Positions 20,842 through 31,169 of a DNA stretch of 64,000 nt are shown here, in pieces. The position numbers were made by a program, and so were the translations under genes. The notes beneath the pieces are model-generated. The model was not told the DNA's origin. It was given only the letters and a program-made list of their open reading frames with translations, and did no database searches. The stretch comes from Nitrosopumilaceae archaeon. Lineage in GTDB: Archaea; Thermoproteota; Nitrososphaeria; Nitrososphaerales; Nitrosopumilaceae. The stretch's first letter is position 1. Every line of letters begins with the position of its first letter. Where the stretch lies: contig CBDCCK010000002.1 in NCBI GenBank assembly GCA_965214835.1, forward strand, positions 704,001 through 768,000, written 5' to 3'.

Positions 20842-21766
20842 ATGACAAGAAAGATGTCGGACAAAGAGATCAGGCATATCGTCAAGGGACGTAATGCCGG
20901 AAAGAGCGCCACGTCGCTGGCCCGTAACATGAAGGTGACGCCACGGCACGTGAGGAGGATTTACGCCAGGTACTGCCGGACCGGAAAGATGCACGTGCAG
21001 CAAAAGGCTGGAAGAAAGGCCGCACCGCAGCCTACGGCAGGCCAGGTGCAGACAGTCTTGGACATGCACTGTATAGAGCACGTGGGCGTGATGCGCACTG
21101 CCATGCGCCTGCAGGATGCAGGTCACATTATAAGCTACAACAGCGTATATCGGATAATGAAGGAGCAAAGACTCGTTACTGCATCAGATGCCAAGTCGGG
21201 CCAAAAGAAGTGGCTGCGCTATGAACGCAAGTACTCCAACGCAATGTGGCACGTGGACTGGCACGATATGAAGGATCCACGCCTGAGAGGGCTCAAATTA
21301 GTCACGTTTTTGGACGATTCATCCAGGTGTGTCACGGCAGCACGGACGTTTGCAGATGCCACATCAGAAAACGTGGTGATAACCCTCAGGGAGGCCATAG
21401 GCAGGTTTGGTACGCCGGCCACCATACTGTCTGACAACGGCAGGTGCTTCAACGGCGGCCGCAGCAAGAAGAACATACCCAAGGGGACATGGAAGCCGAC
21501 GGCATTTGAGGCCGAGCTGCTGGAGAGGGGCATCGGGCTGATAAACTCTAGGCCCTACCACCGAGACCAACGGCAAGCTGGAGAGAGCTTGTCTGCATAC
21601 ATAGGCTACTGCAACGAGGACAGGCTGCGCCGGTCGCCGGATACATACAACTGCCAGACGCCTCCGGGCATTTTGCGACAGGAAGGCCACGGATGCGATC
21701 AGGAAAGGCAACCCGAAATGGATGGAGGATACCGGTGATGGTGCGACATAATTTTCATGCAATACA
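20842..21766 (+). pseudogene. IS481 copy with degenerate 3' end and lost left end
   Basis: Near-identical to 15284 onward until ~21560, then deletions. Confidence 0.85.
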
Positions 21767-22191
21767 ATGACAGCTAAGTGAAATGTAAACTGGATTGTTG
21801 CTTTTGTCTTGCTGCTGAGGCGTTGCGCCTCATGCCCAGTTTTTGTTTTTGCTCGATTTCATGGTACTTTTCACTTAGCTGAATGAAGGATAAGAATAAT
21901 GTGACAGATAAAACAAGGCGGCTTGTGACGCCAGACATCAGAAAGTGAAGCATACCCAATATCTGACGTTAAGATGGGCGCAGCCGCTACACGGTAAATA
22001 CCCTTTCAGTCCGGAGAAGATCCAGGTTTCATGTCCCGAAGATTGCACAGAACCCTATGACCGGTTCTGTGTAAAATTGGGGATGTGGGTCCCCTAAAAA
22101 ATCACTCCGTGGCTCTGTCGAGGCTGGCGTTCTGGATTATCGTCTTCCACTTGTTTATACCATCCACGCTTACCAAGGCCAATTCTGCCTA

Positions 22192-23382
22192 TACTGATGA
22201 TCATTGAAAATTTCGCCTCCCTTACACGCTGCGCTCAAGATACTTGTAGATGCCAATCTTGATGGAGCACGTCCTAAAGTATTCCGAGACGGCCCTTTTG
22301 AGGTGATCTACCGTGTCATAAAAGGCCGACGTGACCGGCCCGTACTTGGCATCCTTCCAGACTGCCTCCATGGCGCTCAGCTCCGGCCTGGCTACCGGCA
22401 GGTACAGCAGGACAACGTCGGGATTTTTCTTCAGGTACCTGCGGACCTTGCTGGTCTTGTGCTGTATTGCGTTGTCCATCACCATCAGGATCCTTCCCCA
22501 CTTTTTGCGTGCCTGTTCGAGATACTTTACAAAGTTTGCGCGTGTGTGGTCACGTCCCCTTGTTAGCTAGGCACGAAAATCACAATCATGCATCTAATTC
22601 GTGCCTGACTGATGGGGGTAGGTGACCTCGTACGTTTGCGCTGTTGAATTTGTCGTACGTGCGCATCAGCCTGGTTCCGTCGTCTACAATCGTTCCGTAT
22701 ACCACGACGCGCTCCCTTCTGCCGGATCGTTGCACCTCGATCCTGTCCCCCACGGGCGACCAGAACCTCTTGCCGTCCCTTCCCGCACTGGCGAACATCG
22801 ACTCGTCCTGTACGGTTATCCTAAATCCGCGCCTTTTTGCAAGCTTGATTGCAGCTTTTGCCTCCCTTTGCCACCGTCTTACCGCCTTTGCGTCGGCAGC
22901 ATCTGCCAGCCTAGTGGTTGACGTCTTTAGCGAGAATCCCATCGCGTGCAGGATTCTCCTGATGCTTCCCACGCTGTATGTGACGTGTAGCCTGCGGCGC
23001 ACCCAGTTGCACAGCTTCTTCGGAGTGAGCTTTTCCATCCTGCGCAGCCTCGTGGCGATCTTTTTTATCCTGCCGACTGGAACCTTTGGTTTTTTGTCCC
23101 TGTTAGGAGTCACGGAGGCCGTCGATGCCGTCAAGCTCAAACCTCTCGATCCACATCTGTACGGTACGCTGTGTCACGTCGGCAATCTCTGCGGTCTGTG
23201 CAGTGGTGTTGCCAAGCAGCACGGAGCGCACCGCCAGGATTCTGGTGTGAATCTTGAGATCCTTTTCGACATGCATGGCATTCGTGAGGATTTTCGTCTT
23301 GTTCATACCGGGAGTGACATAGTGGAGAGCTATAAACCTTACAAGATGTGTAATCAGGCGAAATTTTCAATGATCATCAGTA
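22192..23382 (-). mobile_element. IS630-family element with broken transposase
   Basis: TIRs TACTGATGATCATTGAAAAT / ATTTTCAATGATCATCAGTA, TA flanks; ORFs 23103-23306, 22586-23140, 22222-22485. Confidence 0.88.
22542..22633. mobile_element. IS66-derived MITE (92 bp)
   Basis: Ends match the IS66 6813-8447 TIRs; 8-bp TSD gtttgcgc. Confidence 0.9.
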
Positions 23383-23444
23383 TAGGTACAGACTTTCAAC
23401 CTCGAGAAGATCCATGCCTCGAGTGGCTAAGATTACACAGAACC

Positions 23445-23615
23445 CTATGATCTTGGGCTGTGATCTTGCACAGTCCACATTTTTCCGATCTTAAACATCC
23501 ATGTGCCGCAGGCAGGACGCATGTCCCTTATGGCCGGTCTGCCGTTTTTCATGTAGGTCTGCTCCGGGCTTGCCATGTCTTGCCTGTAGTGGCACTTGAT
23601 ACAGTAGCCATTCAT
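23445..23615 (-). CDS. DUF5679-like small zinc-ribbon protein (56 aa, not in ORF track)
   Basis: MNGYCIKC...MKNGRPA...CGTWMFKIG; paralogous to the C-terminal domain of the upstream gene. Confidence 0.6.
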   Translation of the reverse strand: MNGYCIKCHYRQDMASPEQTYMKNGRPAIRDMRPACGTWMFKIGKMWTVQDHSPRS

Positions 23616-23621
23616 GGCTGT

Positions 23622-25841
23622 TTACGATCTTTTGTTCTCCAGATCGGCTATCTGCCTCTCCAGCTCTGCGACCCTGTCCAGCTGCTCCTGGGTAGGTGCG
23701 TCATCTCTTGGTTTTGACTTGCCGCTGCCAATCCTGAACATCTTGGTGCCGCAGGCAGAGCATGTCCCCCTCGTGGCAGGTCTGCCGTTTTTCATCGTGG
23801 TCTCCTCAGGATCAGACATGCTGCGCTTTGCCTTGCACCTTACACAGTAGGCTATGACATCGGATGCGGCCTCTGCCCGTTTTTGCTTCTCCTCTAGCTC
23901 CGCGATCTGCCTCTCAAGTGCTGTTGCCCGGTCGATTTGTTCCTGTGTCGGCTCCTGCGAGCTGGCAATTCTTTGCTCTATTGCATCTAGTCTGTCCACC
24001 TGCCTGCGTAGTTTTGCAAGCAGTGTTGATTCGATATCGGCATCCTCAATCTGGCCGATTTGCTCCTCTAGTTTTTCAAGCTGCTCGAGCTGCTCGTCTG
24101 AGGCCTCATCAAACCTCTCAATCATTCCCTCAACCGTTTCAGGCTCGGGTTCCAAGGCAGGCTCCGTCTTTGGGGCACTGGCTAGGGCAGACTCAAGCTC
24201 CCTGATTTTATCAGACAGGATCGAGATCTGCTCGTACTGCTCTGCAATGGATTGGCCTTCGGGTATCGGTTCGGTCTCCGGCCTAGCGGCGGGTTCTGGC
24301 TCTGCCTGCTCTGGCTGAGTTTCCTCAAATGGAACCGCCACCTCACCGTCTGCAGGCAGTGCCCCATGCGGGGATTCCGCAGGCTCGTCCGGCTCGGCCT
24401 CTGCTTGGGCTTTGAGCGATTCTAGCTCTGCAACTTTTTTTTCAAGATCCTCCAGTTTTGCCAGGTCCTCATCAGTTGCCTCGTCTTCAGATCCGGCCTC
24501 GACCTGCTCGCTTTGTTGTATGGCCTCCTCTAGCTGCTTTTCAAGCTCCTCAAATCTCTGGAGCTGTTCAGGGGTTGGATCCTTGTCTTCATCGTCGTCA
24601 TCAAAGTCCATCTCCTGGCCCTCGGGCTGTCCGATTTTACCCCCGGCTACCTCAGGGGGTTCGGGCCGGGGAGTCGTCCCAGCTACAATCCGCTTGAATT
24701 CCTCCTCAGAGATTCCAACTGCCCGGTAGATTGTATGGTCTGGGTAATTTTGATTAAACCATTCCTTGTATCCGGGCTCATTCAAAAAGCGCCTGACATA
24801 ATGCTCAGGCTCCTTTGCAGGATCTACAAAATTCAAGACTCCTTCCTCCGGCTCAGCTGCAGGTTCTGGCTTTGCCTGTTCTGGCTGCAAGTCCTCAAAC
24901 GGAATGCCTATCTCGCCTGCGGCGGGCAGTGAGCCGCGGATAGAGCCTGCGGTTTCTGCGGGTCTTGCCTCAGCTTTGCGTTTTTGTCTTTGCACCTCCT
25001 CACGCTCTAGTCTGACCTGTCTTTGGGCCTCCTCCTGTTTTTCTTGCTCTGCCCTTGCCTGGTCTGCAAGCTCCTCTTCCCGTTTTTTCTGCTCCTCTAG
25101 CCTTCTAAGATAACCTTGCTCATAGTCTAGAAACTCCTGATCGGCTCTTCTCTTTGGCCTTTCTTCAACCCCGGAAGGTTCCTGCTCTTGCTGTGCGACA
25201 GAATCCTCTGCAACTGGATCAGGCTGCAAGTCCTCAAACGGAACGCCTACCTCGCCTGCGGCGGGCAGTGAGCCGCGAGGCGATGCCGGTATTTCTTCTG
25301 CAGGCTCCAGCTGTGTGACAGAATCCTCTGCAACTGGATCAGGCTGCAAGTCCTCAAACGGAACGCCTACCTCGCCTGCGGCGGGCAGTGAGCCGCGAGG
25401 CGATGCCGGTATTTCTTCTGCAGGCTCTGGCTCAGGTCTGGCTCTGGCCTCCGGTTTTGGCTTTTCTGCCGGCTTTGGTGGATCTGGCCTGTCACCGGTA
25501 GGGGCTGTGTAGGTCAGGGGGGGATCTTTTTTTTTACTGTAATCAATCTCTGGAACGTCCCCAAGGTTGTCCAGACTGACCTTGTTTTTGTCGATTCGAA
25601 GATACGGGCTCCCGCCAACCGAAAACATGTGAACTCGCTCCCCCCGCCTCCAGGAGTTCAGCGTCTTGAAGATTGTCATGTATGTCTTCCCCTTTTGCAT
25701 GTTGTGCGATATGGTAAGCTTGTCAACTATCTCGGCAGGGCCCATTTTGCCGTCAAGGTCTTCGTGTACCTCGGCCTCGACGATCTCCCTGTTCGAGTCG
25801 TACGATGCGGCAGCTACTAGATAGTCAGCCCATTTTGCCAT
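23622..25841 (-). CDS. DUF3892-like N-terminus, acidic repeats/coiled coil, DUF5679-like C-terminus
   Basis: KWADYL N-terminus; YCVRCK..MKNGRPATRGTCSACGTKMFRIG. Confidence 0.8.
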   Translation of the reverse strand: MAKWADYLVAAASYDSNREIVEAEVHEDLDGKMGPAEIVDKLTISHNMQKGKTYMTIFKTLNSWRRGERVHMFSVGGSPYLRIDKNKVSLDNLGDVPEIDYSKKKDPPLTYTAPTGDRPDPPKPAEKPKPEARARPEPEPAEEIPASPRGSLPAAGEVGVPFEDLQPDPVAEDSVTQLEPAEEIPASPRGSLPAAGEVGVPFEDLQPDPVAEDSVAQQEQEPSGVEERPKRRADQEFLDYEQGYLRRLEEQKKREEELADQARAEQEKQEEAQRQVRLEREEVQRQKRKAEARPAETAGSIRGSLPAAGEIGIPFEDLQPEQAKPEPAAEPEEGVLNFVDPAKEPEHYVRRFLNEPGYKEWFNQNYPDHTIYRAVGISEEEFKRIVAGTTPRPEPPEVAGGKIGQPEGQEMDFDDDDEDKDPTPEQLQRFEELEKQLEEAIQQSEQVEAGSEDEATDEDLAKLEDLEKKVAELESLKAQAEAEPDEPAESPHGALPADGEVAVPFEETQPEQAEPEPAARPETEPIPEGQSIAEQYEQISILSDKIRELESALASAPKTEPALEPEPETVEGMIERFDEASDEQLEQLEKLEEQIGQIEDADIESTLLAKLRRQVDRLDAIEQRIASSQEPTQEQIDRATALERQIAELEEKQKRAEAASDVIAYCVRCKAKRSMSDPEETTMKNGRPATRGTCSACGTKMFRIGSGKSKPRDDAPTQEQLDRVAELERQIADLENKRS
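25191..25427. repeat. 120-bp coding tandem repeat
   Basis: EPAEEIPASPRGSLPAAGEVGVPFEDLQPDPVAEDSV twice; two more degenerate copies downstream in the gene. Confidence 0.9.
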
Positions 25842-26177
25842 TTAAAAATACGTCAATAAAGTAGTAAATAAGCAGTGATGCCTTCAGGCGTGCACGCAGT
25901 GGAGTTTTCACCGTTTTTAGTCCCAAATTTTAGAGTTGCCTGAAAAAACCAGGCGATCCGCAAGGTGGTTTTTTTGAAGACGGCCTGCTGTTTTACGGAG
26001 GCGTGCGAGTCACCAAGGGGAAAGCTTCCAGTCTAATTGATTCACCAGATGTGTCCCAGTCCCGCTCAGTTTTGACTCATGAATGGAGGGCCATGATTTT
26101 GCAATGCCGGCTTTGCCATGGAATTTCGAATGCACAAGATGGCCTAGAGTTTGCATGCATTATCCAGATCAAAAATG

Positions 26178-26350
26178 AGGAGAGTCGCAGTCCCACTCGT
26201 GGATTGCCGGATCCCCGTCACCGGACCAGTCCGAGTACGGCGATCCCGGATCCCGGCGCATGCCGGGGACTAGGTTTTTGTCAGGCGAGTCGACGATCGC
26301 TGTCGCCTCCCCCGAACACGAGCTCCGGGCGGTCGGCCCCCGGTTCCTGA
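26178..26350 (-). ncRNA. Candidate structured non-coding RNA (unassigned)
   Basis: GC-rich intergenic stretch with several hairpins; strand uncertain. Confidence 0.3.
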
Positions 26351-26389
26351 TGCAAAGCTATAATTTTACAGTCCGCCTCAGAGTCCCCA

Positions 26390-26755
26390 TTGGAGATCAA
26401 GATCGAGCCATGGAAGGCGCTGGTAATTCACGAGGTCATAGAATACAGGTTCGATGAATGGGTAAACCAGATAGCGTTTAACGCAAAGTCATCGGGGGGA
26501 GGAATCCCGACAATGCAGTGGGCAGACGGAATAGTCTTCTCGCCTGCAAATTTTCCCTCGACTAACTCGGTGGTAAAAGAGCAGATGGACGGGACGCTCC
26601 ACTGGTCGTCGGTGTCGTTTGCCATCAAGGAAAGGTTCGAAAAGCAGATCGTACAGGACAACGCGACGATCAACCTGATGGACGTAAGCGTAAACGAGAT
26701 CTTTAGGAGCCTTGCAAAAAAGCTAAAGAAAGGCTCAAAGTACAGGGCAGGGTAG
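26390..26755 (+). CDS. Hypothetical protein
   Basis: Clean ORF, co-oriented and 3 bp from the next gene. Confidence 0.75.
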   Translation: MEIKIEPWKALVIHEVIEYRFDEWVNQIAFNAKSSGGGIPTMQWADGIVFSPANFPSTNSVVKEQMDGTLHWSSVSFAIKERFEKQIVQDNATINLMDVSVNEIFRSLAKKLKKGSKYRAG

Positions 26756-26758
26756 GAG

Positions 26759-27259
26759 ATGTCACGGGAACTCCTCAGTGTAATCTATGATGCGCCGATC
26801 ATGTGGAGGAGGATCAACTCCATTGGCATCATACTTGACTGCAATGCGGCATATTCGCAGAGGCTGGGCTATACCAAGGGGGAGATAGTCGGCAGGACGG
26901 TCTTTGAGCACGTCCCGGCACGGGAGCGGGAGGCGATGAACGAGTCGCTCAAGGCATGGTTTGAGACCGGGGAGGTTCACGGGAAAAGGCTGACGTTCAG
27001 GAGGCGGGACGGCACGGAGTTTGAGGTGACGCTTGATGCGACCAGCCTGTTTGACTCGGAGGGAAACCTGCTGGGAAGCAATACGGTAATCTTTGAGGCT
27101 GCAGACATTGACAGTGAAAAGATCAGTGGATTCCTGGCAGGCGCAAGGGACAGGCTTGATGCGCTTGCAGGATCATATGGCTCGATGGACGAGAGTGCAA
27201 AAAGAGAGTTTGACGGGATGAAAAAGATGATAGAGAAGCTCCTTGCCAGGGATCTCTGA
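26759..27259 (+). CDS. PAS-domain protein
   Basis: ILDCN.A....LGY...EIVGR; RRDGT.F.V. Confidence 0.85.
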   Translation: MSRELLSVIYDAPIMWRRINSIGIILDCNAAYSQRLGYTKGEIVGRTVFEHVPAREREAMNESLKAWFETGEVHGKRLTFRRRDGTEFEVTLDATSLFDSEGNLLGSNTVIFEAADIDSEKISGFLAGARDRLDALAGSYGSMDESAKREFDGMKKMIEKLLARDL

Positions 27260-27264
27260 TCCTG

Positions 27265-27669
27265 CTACTTGCGTGGCCACATGTCGTTCCATGTTTCGGC
27301 GAATTTTTTCATCATGTCCCCGTAGGCCCTCATCTGTTCAAGGCCGCCGTCGGAGATTGACTTCTGCCACGACTCTGCAAACTGCATGAACCCGCCGTCT
27401 GGCTGGCCCATTGCCTTTTGCCAATAGTCGCCGAACTCCCTAGCAGACCTTACGCCGGCATCGCCCATTGCCTTTTGCCAGTTTTCTCCAAACCGTCTCA
27501 TGGTATCCATGTTGGATTCCTTTGAGGCCTTTTCCATTACGGCGTTGAATTTTGCCTGCATCTCGGAGCTTGCCTTTAGAACCTCATCGAAGGCCTTTCG
27601 CCAGATCTCAAGCGAGCTGCCATAGTCCCTCCACAGCCTGTCCCACTCGCTTTGGTCGTCATTTGACAT
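27265..27669 (-). CDS. Helical protein with WQK repeats
   Basis: F.E.WQK motif repeated three times. Confidence 0.7.
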   Translation of the reverse strand: MSNDDQSEWDRLWRDYGSSLEIWRKAFDEVLKASSEMQAKFNAVMEKASKESNMDTMRRFGENWQKAMGDAGVRSAREFGDYWQKAMGQPDGGFMQFAESWQKSISDGGLEQMRAYGDMMKKFAETWNDMWPRK

Positions 27670-27879
27670 GCCGTACTTGTGACATGCTGCCAATTAAAAT
27701 GATCTGCAGGTTTTCGGGCCAGGGGGCCGCTTTTGGGTTTTTTTGGGCCGGATTTTCAGGGCATGTCTCCCCGGCCGGTGAGCCGGCGAGATCAGCGGTG
27801 GCATTACCGGTTCAGGCCTCCGCAGTCCCCGGTCGCCTTGCATGGCATGAACGGAATCCAAAAATGAGGTGCTATGCAG

Positions 27880-27972
27880 GTACGAGGTCACCGCCACTTT
27901 AACCAGTTAAGCATGGATCTGCATATGCCTGTGATTTTCATGCCCTGCCAACAAGAGGACGTGACCTCGTAC
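27880..27972. mobile_element. IS66-derived MITE (93 bp)
   Basis: GTACGAGGTCAC / GTGACCTCGTAC; TSD ctatgcag / ttatgcag. Confidence 0.85.
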
Positions 27973-28018
27973 TTATGCAGTCCCCAGGCAAAGGCCTGGC
28001 AGGCTGCCACATCCCACA

Positions 28019-28450
28019 TCAGACCTTCTTGAGGATCTCCTTTTTCTTGTCTTGAAACTCCTTGTTGCTGATTATCCCCTTCTTGTTGAGGGCTGCCAGC
28101 TTTTCTAAAAGCTCCAGGCTCTTTTCTGGGGAGTATGCCATCTTTTTGGCGGTACTAACCCCGGATGACAGGGTGTCAGATGCCTGCCTTATTAGTCTGG
28201 AGCTGATCTCGCCCCCCTTTGAGGTGGCGATCTTTCGCAGGACGTCGGACTGTTGCTTTGCAATCTCGGTCTGGACCCGCAGCTTGTCGATTACCTTCTT
28301 GGAGTTTTGCGCATTGAACCTCTTCTGGTACTCATTCATGATGAGAACCGGAAACGCGGTCCATTCCAGATCCTTGTAGTATTTTCTTACCTGGCTGTCA
28401 CTCATGTCCTTGAGCAGCTTCCTAAATGACGCCTCGGATTTTTCTACCAA
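28019..28450 (-). CDS. SHOCT-domain protein
   Basis: C-terminal LEKLAAL..KGIIS..EF..KK.EIL. Confidence 0.8.
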   Translation of the reverse strand: MVEKSEASFRKLLKDMSDSQVRKYYKDLEWTAFPVLIMNEYQKRFNAQNSKKVIDKLRVQTEIAKQQSDVLRKIATSKGGEISSRLIRQASDTLSSGVSTAKKMAYSPEKSLELLEKLAALNKKGIISNKEFQDKKKEILKKV

Positions 28451-28471
28451 TGATCTGTGTAGGATCTACTC

Positions 28472-29803
28472 CTATTTGAAATAATCCCCGAGCTCGTACC
28501 TGTCCTGTCTTGGGATTTTTGCCAGCTCAAACCCCCCGGGCCTTTTGTCCAGGGGCCTGGTCGCGTCGATTCCCATCTTGGCAGTCCTCAGGTTCCTCTG
28601 GTCGCTGGACGGATCCAGGCTTGAGCCGCGCACGTCTTTGACGGTTACAAGGTCCCTGTCGGCTTGGAACCGGGTTGCCATCGCATACTCGACGGCCTCT
28701 GCACTACCCGGGTCAATGTCCTCGTCCACCACGGTCACCTGCTTGAGGGAGCGGTGCGTCTCAAGTGCCTTCCTGATTATATCCTTGCCGTCAGATGGGG
28801 ACCTCTTTTTGATCTGCACCACCGCATGCAGCCAGTTGCAGCCGCCGCTGCTCATCGATACCGCCCGCGTCTGTGGATAGGCCCTCTTGATCTCGCCGTA
28901 AAGCTTTGACTCTATTGGCATGCCCATCAGCAGGCGGTGTTCCGCATATCCGGACAGGATGTCATGAAATATCGGATTACTGCGGTGGTACAAGTCCTCC
29001 AGCTCAAAGACGGGCTGCTCCCTTGGGTGGTCATACGTCCGAAGCATCTCGACCATCCACTCGGGATGCGTCCTGTCCTGCAGGATTCGTCCCTCCATCA
29101 CGATCTCGGCCCCCGACGGGACGCTCATCCCGGAGTACGGCGTCCTGGCAAGCGTCAGCTCCCCGCCAAGCAGGGAGTTTGCAATGTCCAGCTCGTCCTT
29201 TCCCCAGTCATATTGGTATGCACCGGCAATCGATACTGCGGGATGGACTCCTACCGTGATGGCGACCCTGAGATCCTGGCCGTGATCCCCTGCATCTACA
29301 AAGCACCGATGCAGGTGGCGTCCTTCCACCATGCGGATTGAGAAATGGGTCCTGTCAATCGGCATGAGCCTGTGAAACGAGGAGTTTTGCCTGCCGGTTT
29401 CCGGATTCTTGGCATATACGATTGATGATGTGATAAACGGGCCGGATTCCTTTTCAAAGTGGGTGACTACCGGAAGCTCCCCGATATTCCTAGAGTGGTT
29501 TTCTGTGAATTTTGCCTCCGATATTACTCTGGGCTTTCTTGCACCGCGGATTGCCTTGAGGATCCTTTGATGTATGGCAGGCTCGTCTGCTCCTATGGCC
29601 CGGGCAAAACGCGCCCGTGTGCCGACTAGGTTGGCGGCAAGGCGGAATTTGCTCCCCTTGACGTTCTCAAAGAGTACCGCGTATAGGCCGTCGGTCTTGG
29701 CGGTGACTGCTGCAATCTCATACTTTGTCGAGACCGGCTTTTTGACGGTCTTGAGCTCCCTGTTTTTCCTAATGAGTGAAATGTAGCCTCTAAGGTCAGA
29801 CAT
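28472..29803 (-). CDS. UbiD-family prFMN decarboxylase
   Basis: AEIVMEG, VVDEDID, ATRFQADRD, GSSLDPS, KMGIDAT. Confidence 0.92.
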   Translation of the reverse strand: MSDLRGYISLIRKNRELKTVKKPVSTKYEIAAVTAKTDGLYAVLFENVKGSKFRLAANLVGTRARFARAIGADEPAIHQRILKAIRGARKPRVISEAKFTENHSRNIGELPVVTHFEKESGPFITSSIVYAKNPETGRQNSSFHRLMPIDRTHFSIRMVEGRHLHRCFVDAGDHGQDLRVAITVGVHPAVSIAGAYQYDWGKDELDIANSLLGGELTLARTPYSGMSVPSGAEIVMEGRILQDRTHPEWMVEMLRTYDHPREQPVFELEDLYHRSNPIFHDILSGYAEHRLLMGMPIESKLYGEIKRAYPQTRAVSMSSGGCNWLHAVVQIKKRSPSDGKDIIRKALETHRSLKQVTVVDEDIDPGSAEAVEYAMATRFQADRDLVTVKDVRGSSLDPSSDQRNLRTAKMGIDATRPLDKRPGGFELAKIPRQDRYELGDYFK

Positions 29804-30137
29804 TGCGTATCATCTCTGTGATCTCACGCATTATAGCCTTTGCAGAGCTGACATCGATCTCCCTTTGCACGCTGACTGAGACTATGGCTATGCCCCAGAT
29901 CGCGGAGCTGATTTTTTCTGCTGCCAGTTTAATAAAAAAGGATTCGCTCCTAGCCGGAATCACCGTGGTGGTGACAGGCTTTGGCCCTGTTGCCAGTGAG
30001 ACGACCATGGATCCTATTTTCTCATTGCCCTCGGTTACGGACACAAAGTTTCCATTTTCGAATCTGAGCACCTGAACCTGAAACGTTCGACCTTCCACAT
30101 CGACGGTCTTTTTCAAAAACGCGGACGTGGAGGTCAT
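29796..30137 (-). CDS. Proteasome assembly chaperone PAC4-like protein
   Basis: Small beta-rich ORF coupled to the UbiD gene; family recognised by eye. Confidence 0.55.
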   Translation of the reverse strand: MTSTSAFLKKTVDVEGRTFQVQVLRFENGNFVSVTEGNEKIGSMVVSLATGPKPVTTTVIPARSESFFIKLAAEKISSAIWGIAIVSVSVQREIDVSSAKAIMREITEMIRNV

Positions 30138-30152
30138 TGCATTGAATTTCTT

Positions 30153-30392
30153 CTATGCATCGACGGTCATTGCTTCTTCCTTGGAGTCGGCCTCGACTCT
30201 TGCACGGAGTTTGGCCTTGTACTTCAAGTTTCTTGGCTTTGTTCGGAGTCTGTATCCACAGCACGGACACCAGAGACCCTCCCATTTGATGAAGATCTCA
30301 CAAATCTGACATCTTCTTTGGCCAGAAGCATATCTGCCGGTTCCAACGGGTTTTTGAGCTTTGTATCTTACGCAAATTCCTTTACATGTCAT
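30153..30392 (-). CDS. Small Cys-rich zinc-finger protein
   Basis: CKGIC, CQIC, CPCCG.RLR..PR. Confidence 0.8.
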   Translation of the reverse strand: MTCKGICVRYKAQKPVGTGRYASGQRRCQICEIFIKWEGLWCPCCGYRLRTKPRNLKYKAKLRARVEADSKEEAMTVDA

Positions 30393-30913
30393 ATCAAATC
30401 ACTCTTGTAGGGTATTGTAGAAAATTTAACTATATAAGCATGGATCGATAATTTTTGTAAAATTTTATAGAAAATATTATAAGATTTCCAATCCAGATTG
30501 TGATTAAGGAAAATAAATTCTCTGAAAACGGCCAAATGTTGTATAAATATCTATAGCTGATTTTGGCATGTCTGCTGTTGAAATTCGTGACTGACCACAT
30601 ATAGTTCTTTGAACAGTTTTTACACTTTTTTTCAAAAAAGTTAGAAAACATCCAATAAAGACAGGGTAAACGTGAATTTGGGAGGCAAAGATGCGTTAGC
30701 TGTCCTGCAAGGCCCCCCACCAGCAGACATGACGTATGGGATCGCCTTACCTTGATCAGTTAGGCGCACATCTGCCTGCAGTTGGTAACAACTCGGACTC
30801 TGGAAATTCAGGCGTGAGTTTTGCTACTAGTGGATGCCGATCAAAACAGAATTTGTGCCTGAAATCGTAAATCACTTCGAGCCCGATCAGTTACCAAAAA
30901 CAATAAAAAATTC

Positions 30914-31004
30914 GTACGAGGTCACCTACCCCACAAATCAGGCACGAATTGGCATGTACAATTGTGATTTCCATGCCTAGCCAGCAAGGGACGTGACCAC
31001 ATAC
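30914..31004. mobile_element. IS66-derived MITE (91 bp)
   Basis: GTACGAGGTCACCTACCCC / GTGACCACATAC; 8-bp TSD aaaaattc. Confidence 0.9.
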
Positions 31005-31169
31005 AAAAATTCTATTCGTATTTTGCTTAGCTGTACACGGATCTTGGCTCTAGGTCTGGCGACAAGCTTGCTGGGGCGGCCCCGAGCCTGTTTTGAGTTC
31101 ATGGGGTTAGGGGATGCATCTCGCCGTCAGCAACAACTCCACAAAACGGAGAATTTTTGTGTCGTGAGT

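Larger units (their letters stand above)
22063..23444. mobile_element. IS6-type non-autonomous element with nested IS630
   Basis: TIRs GGTTCTGTGTAA / TTACACAGAACC; 8-bp flanks ctatgacc / ctatgatc; KWKTIIQNA remnant. Confidence 0.75.

Noticed and set aside
30430-30720. 96-aa AT-rich ORF
   Set aside because: Looks like intergenic/promoter sequence with no motifs
30782-30898. Possible MITE with GGTAAC / GTTACC ends
   Set aside because: Weak TIR, no TSD and no second copy in the window
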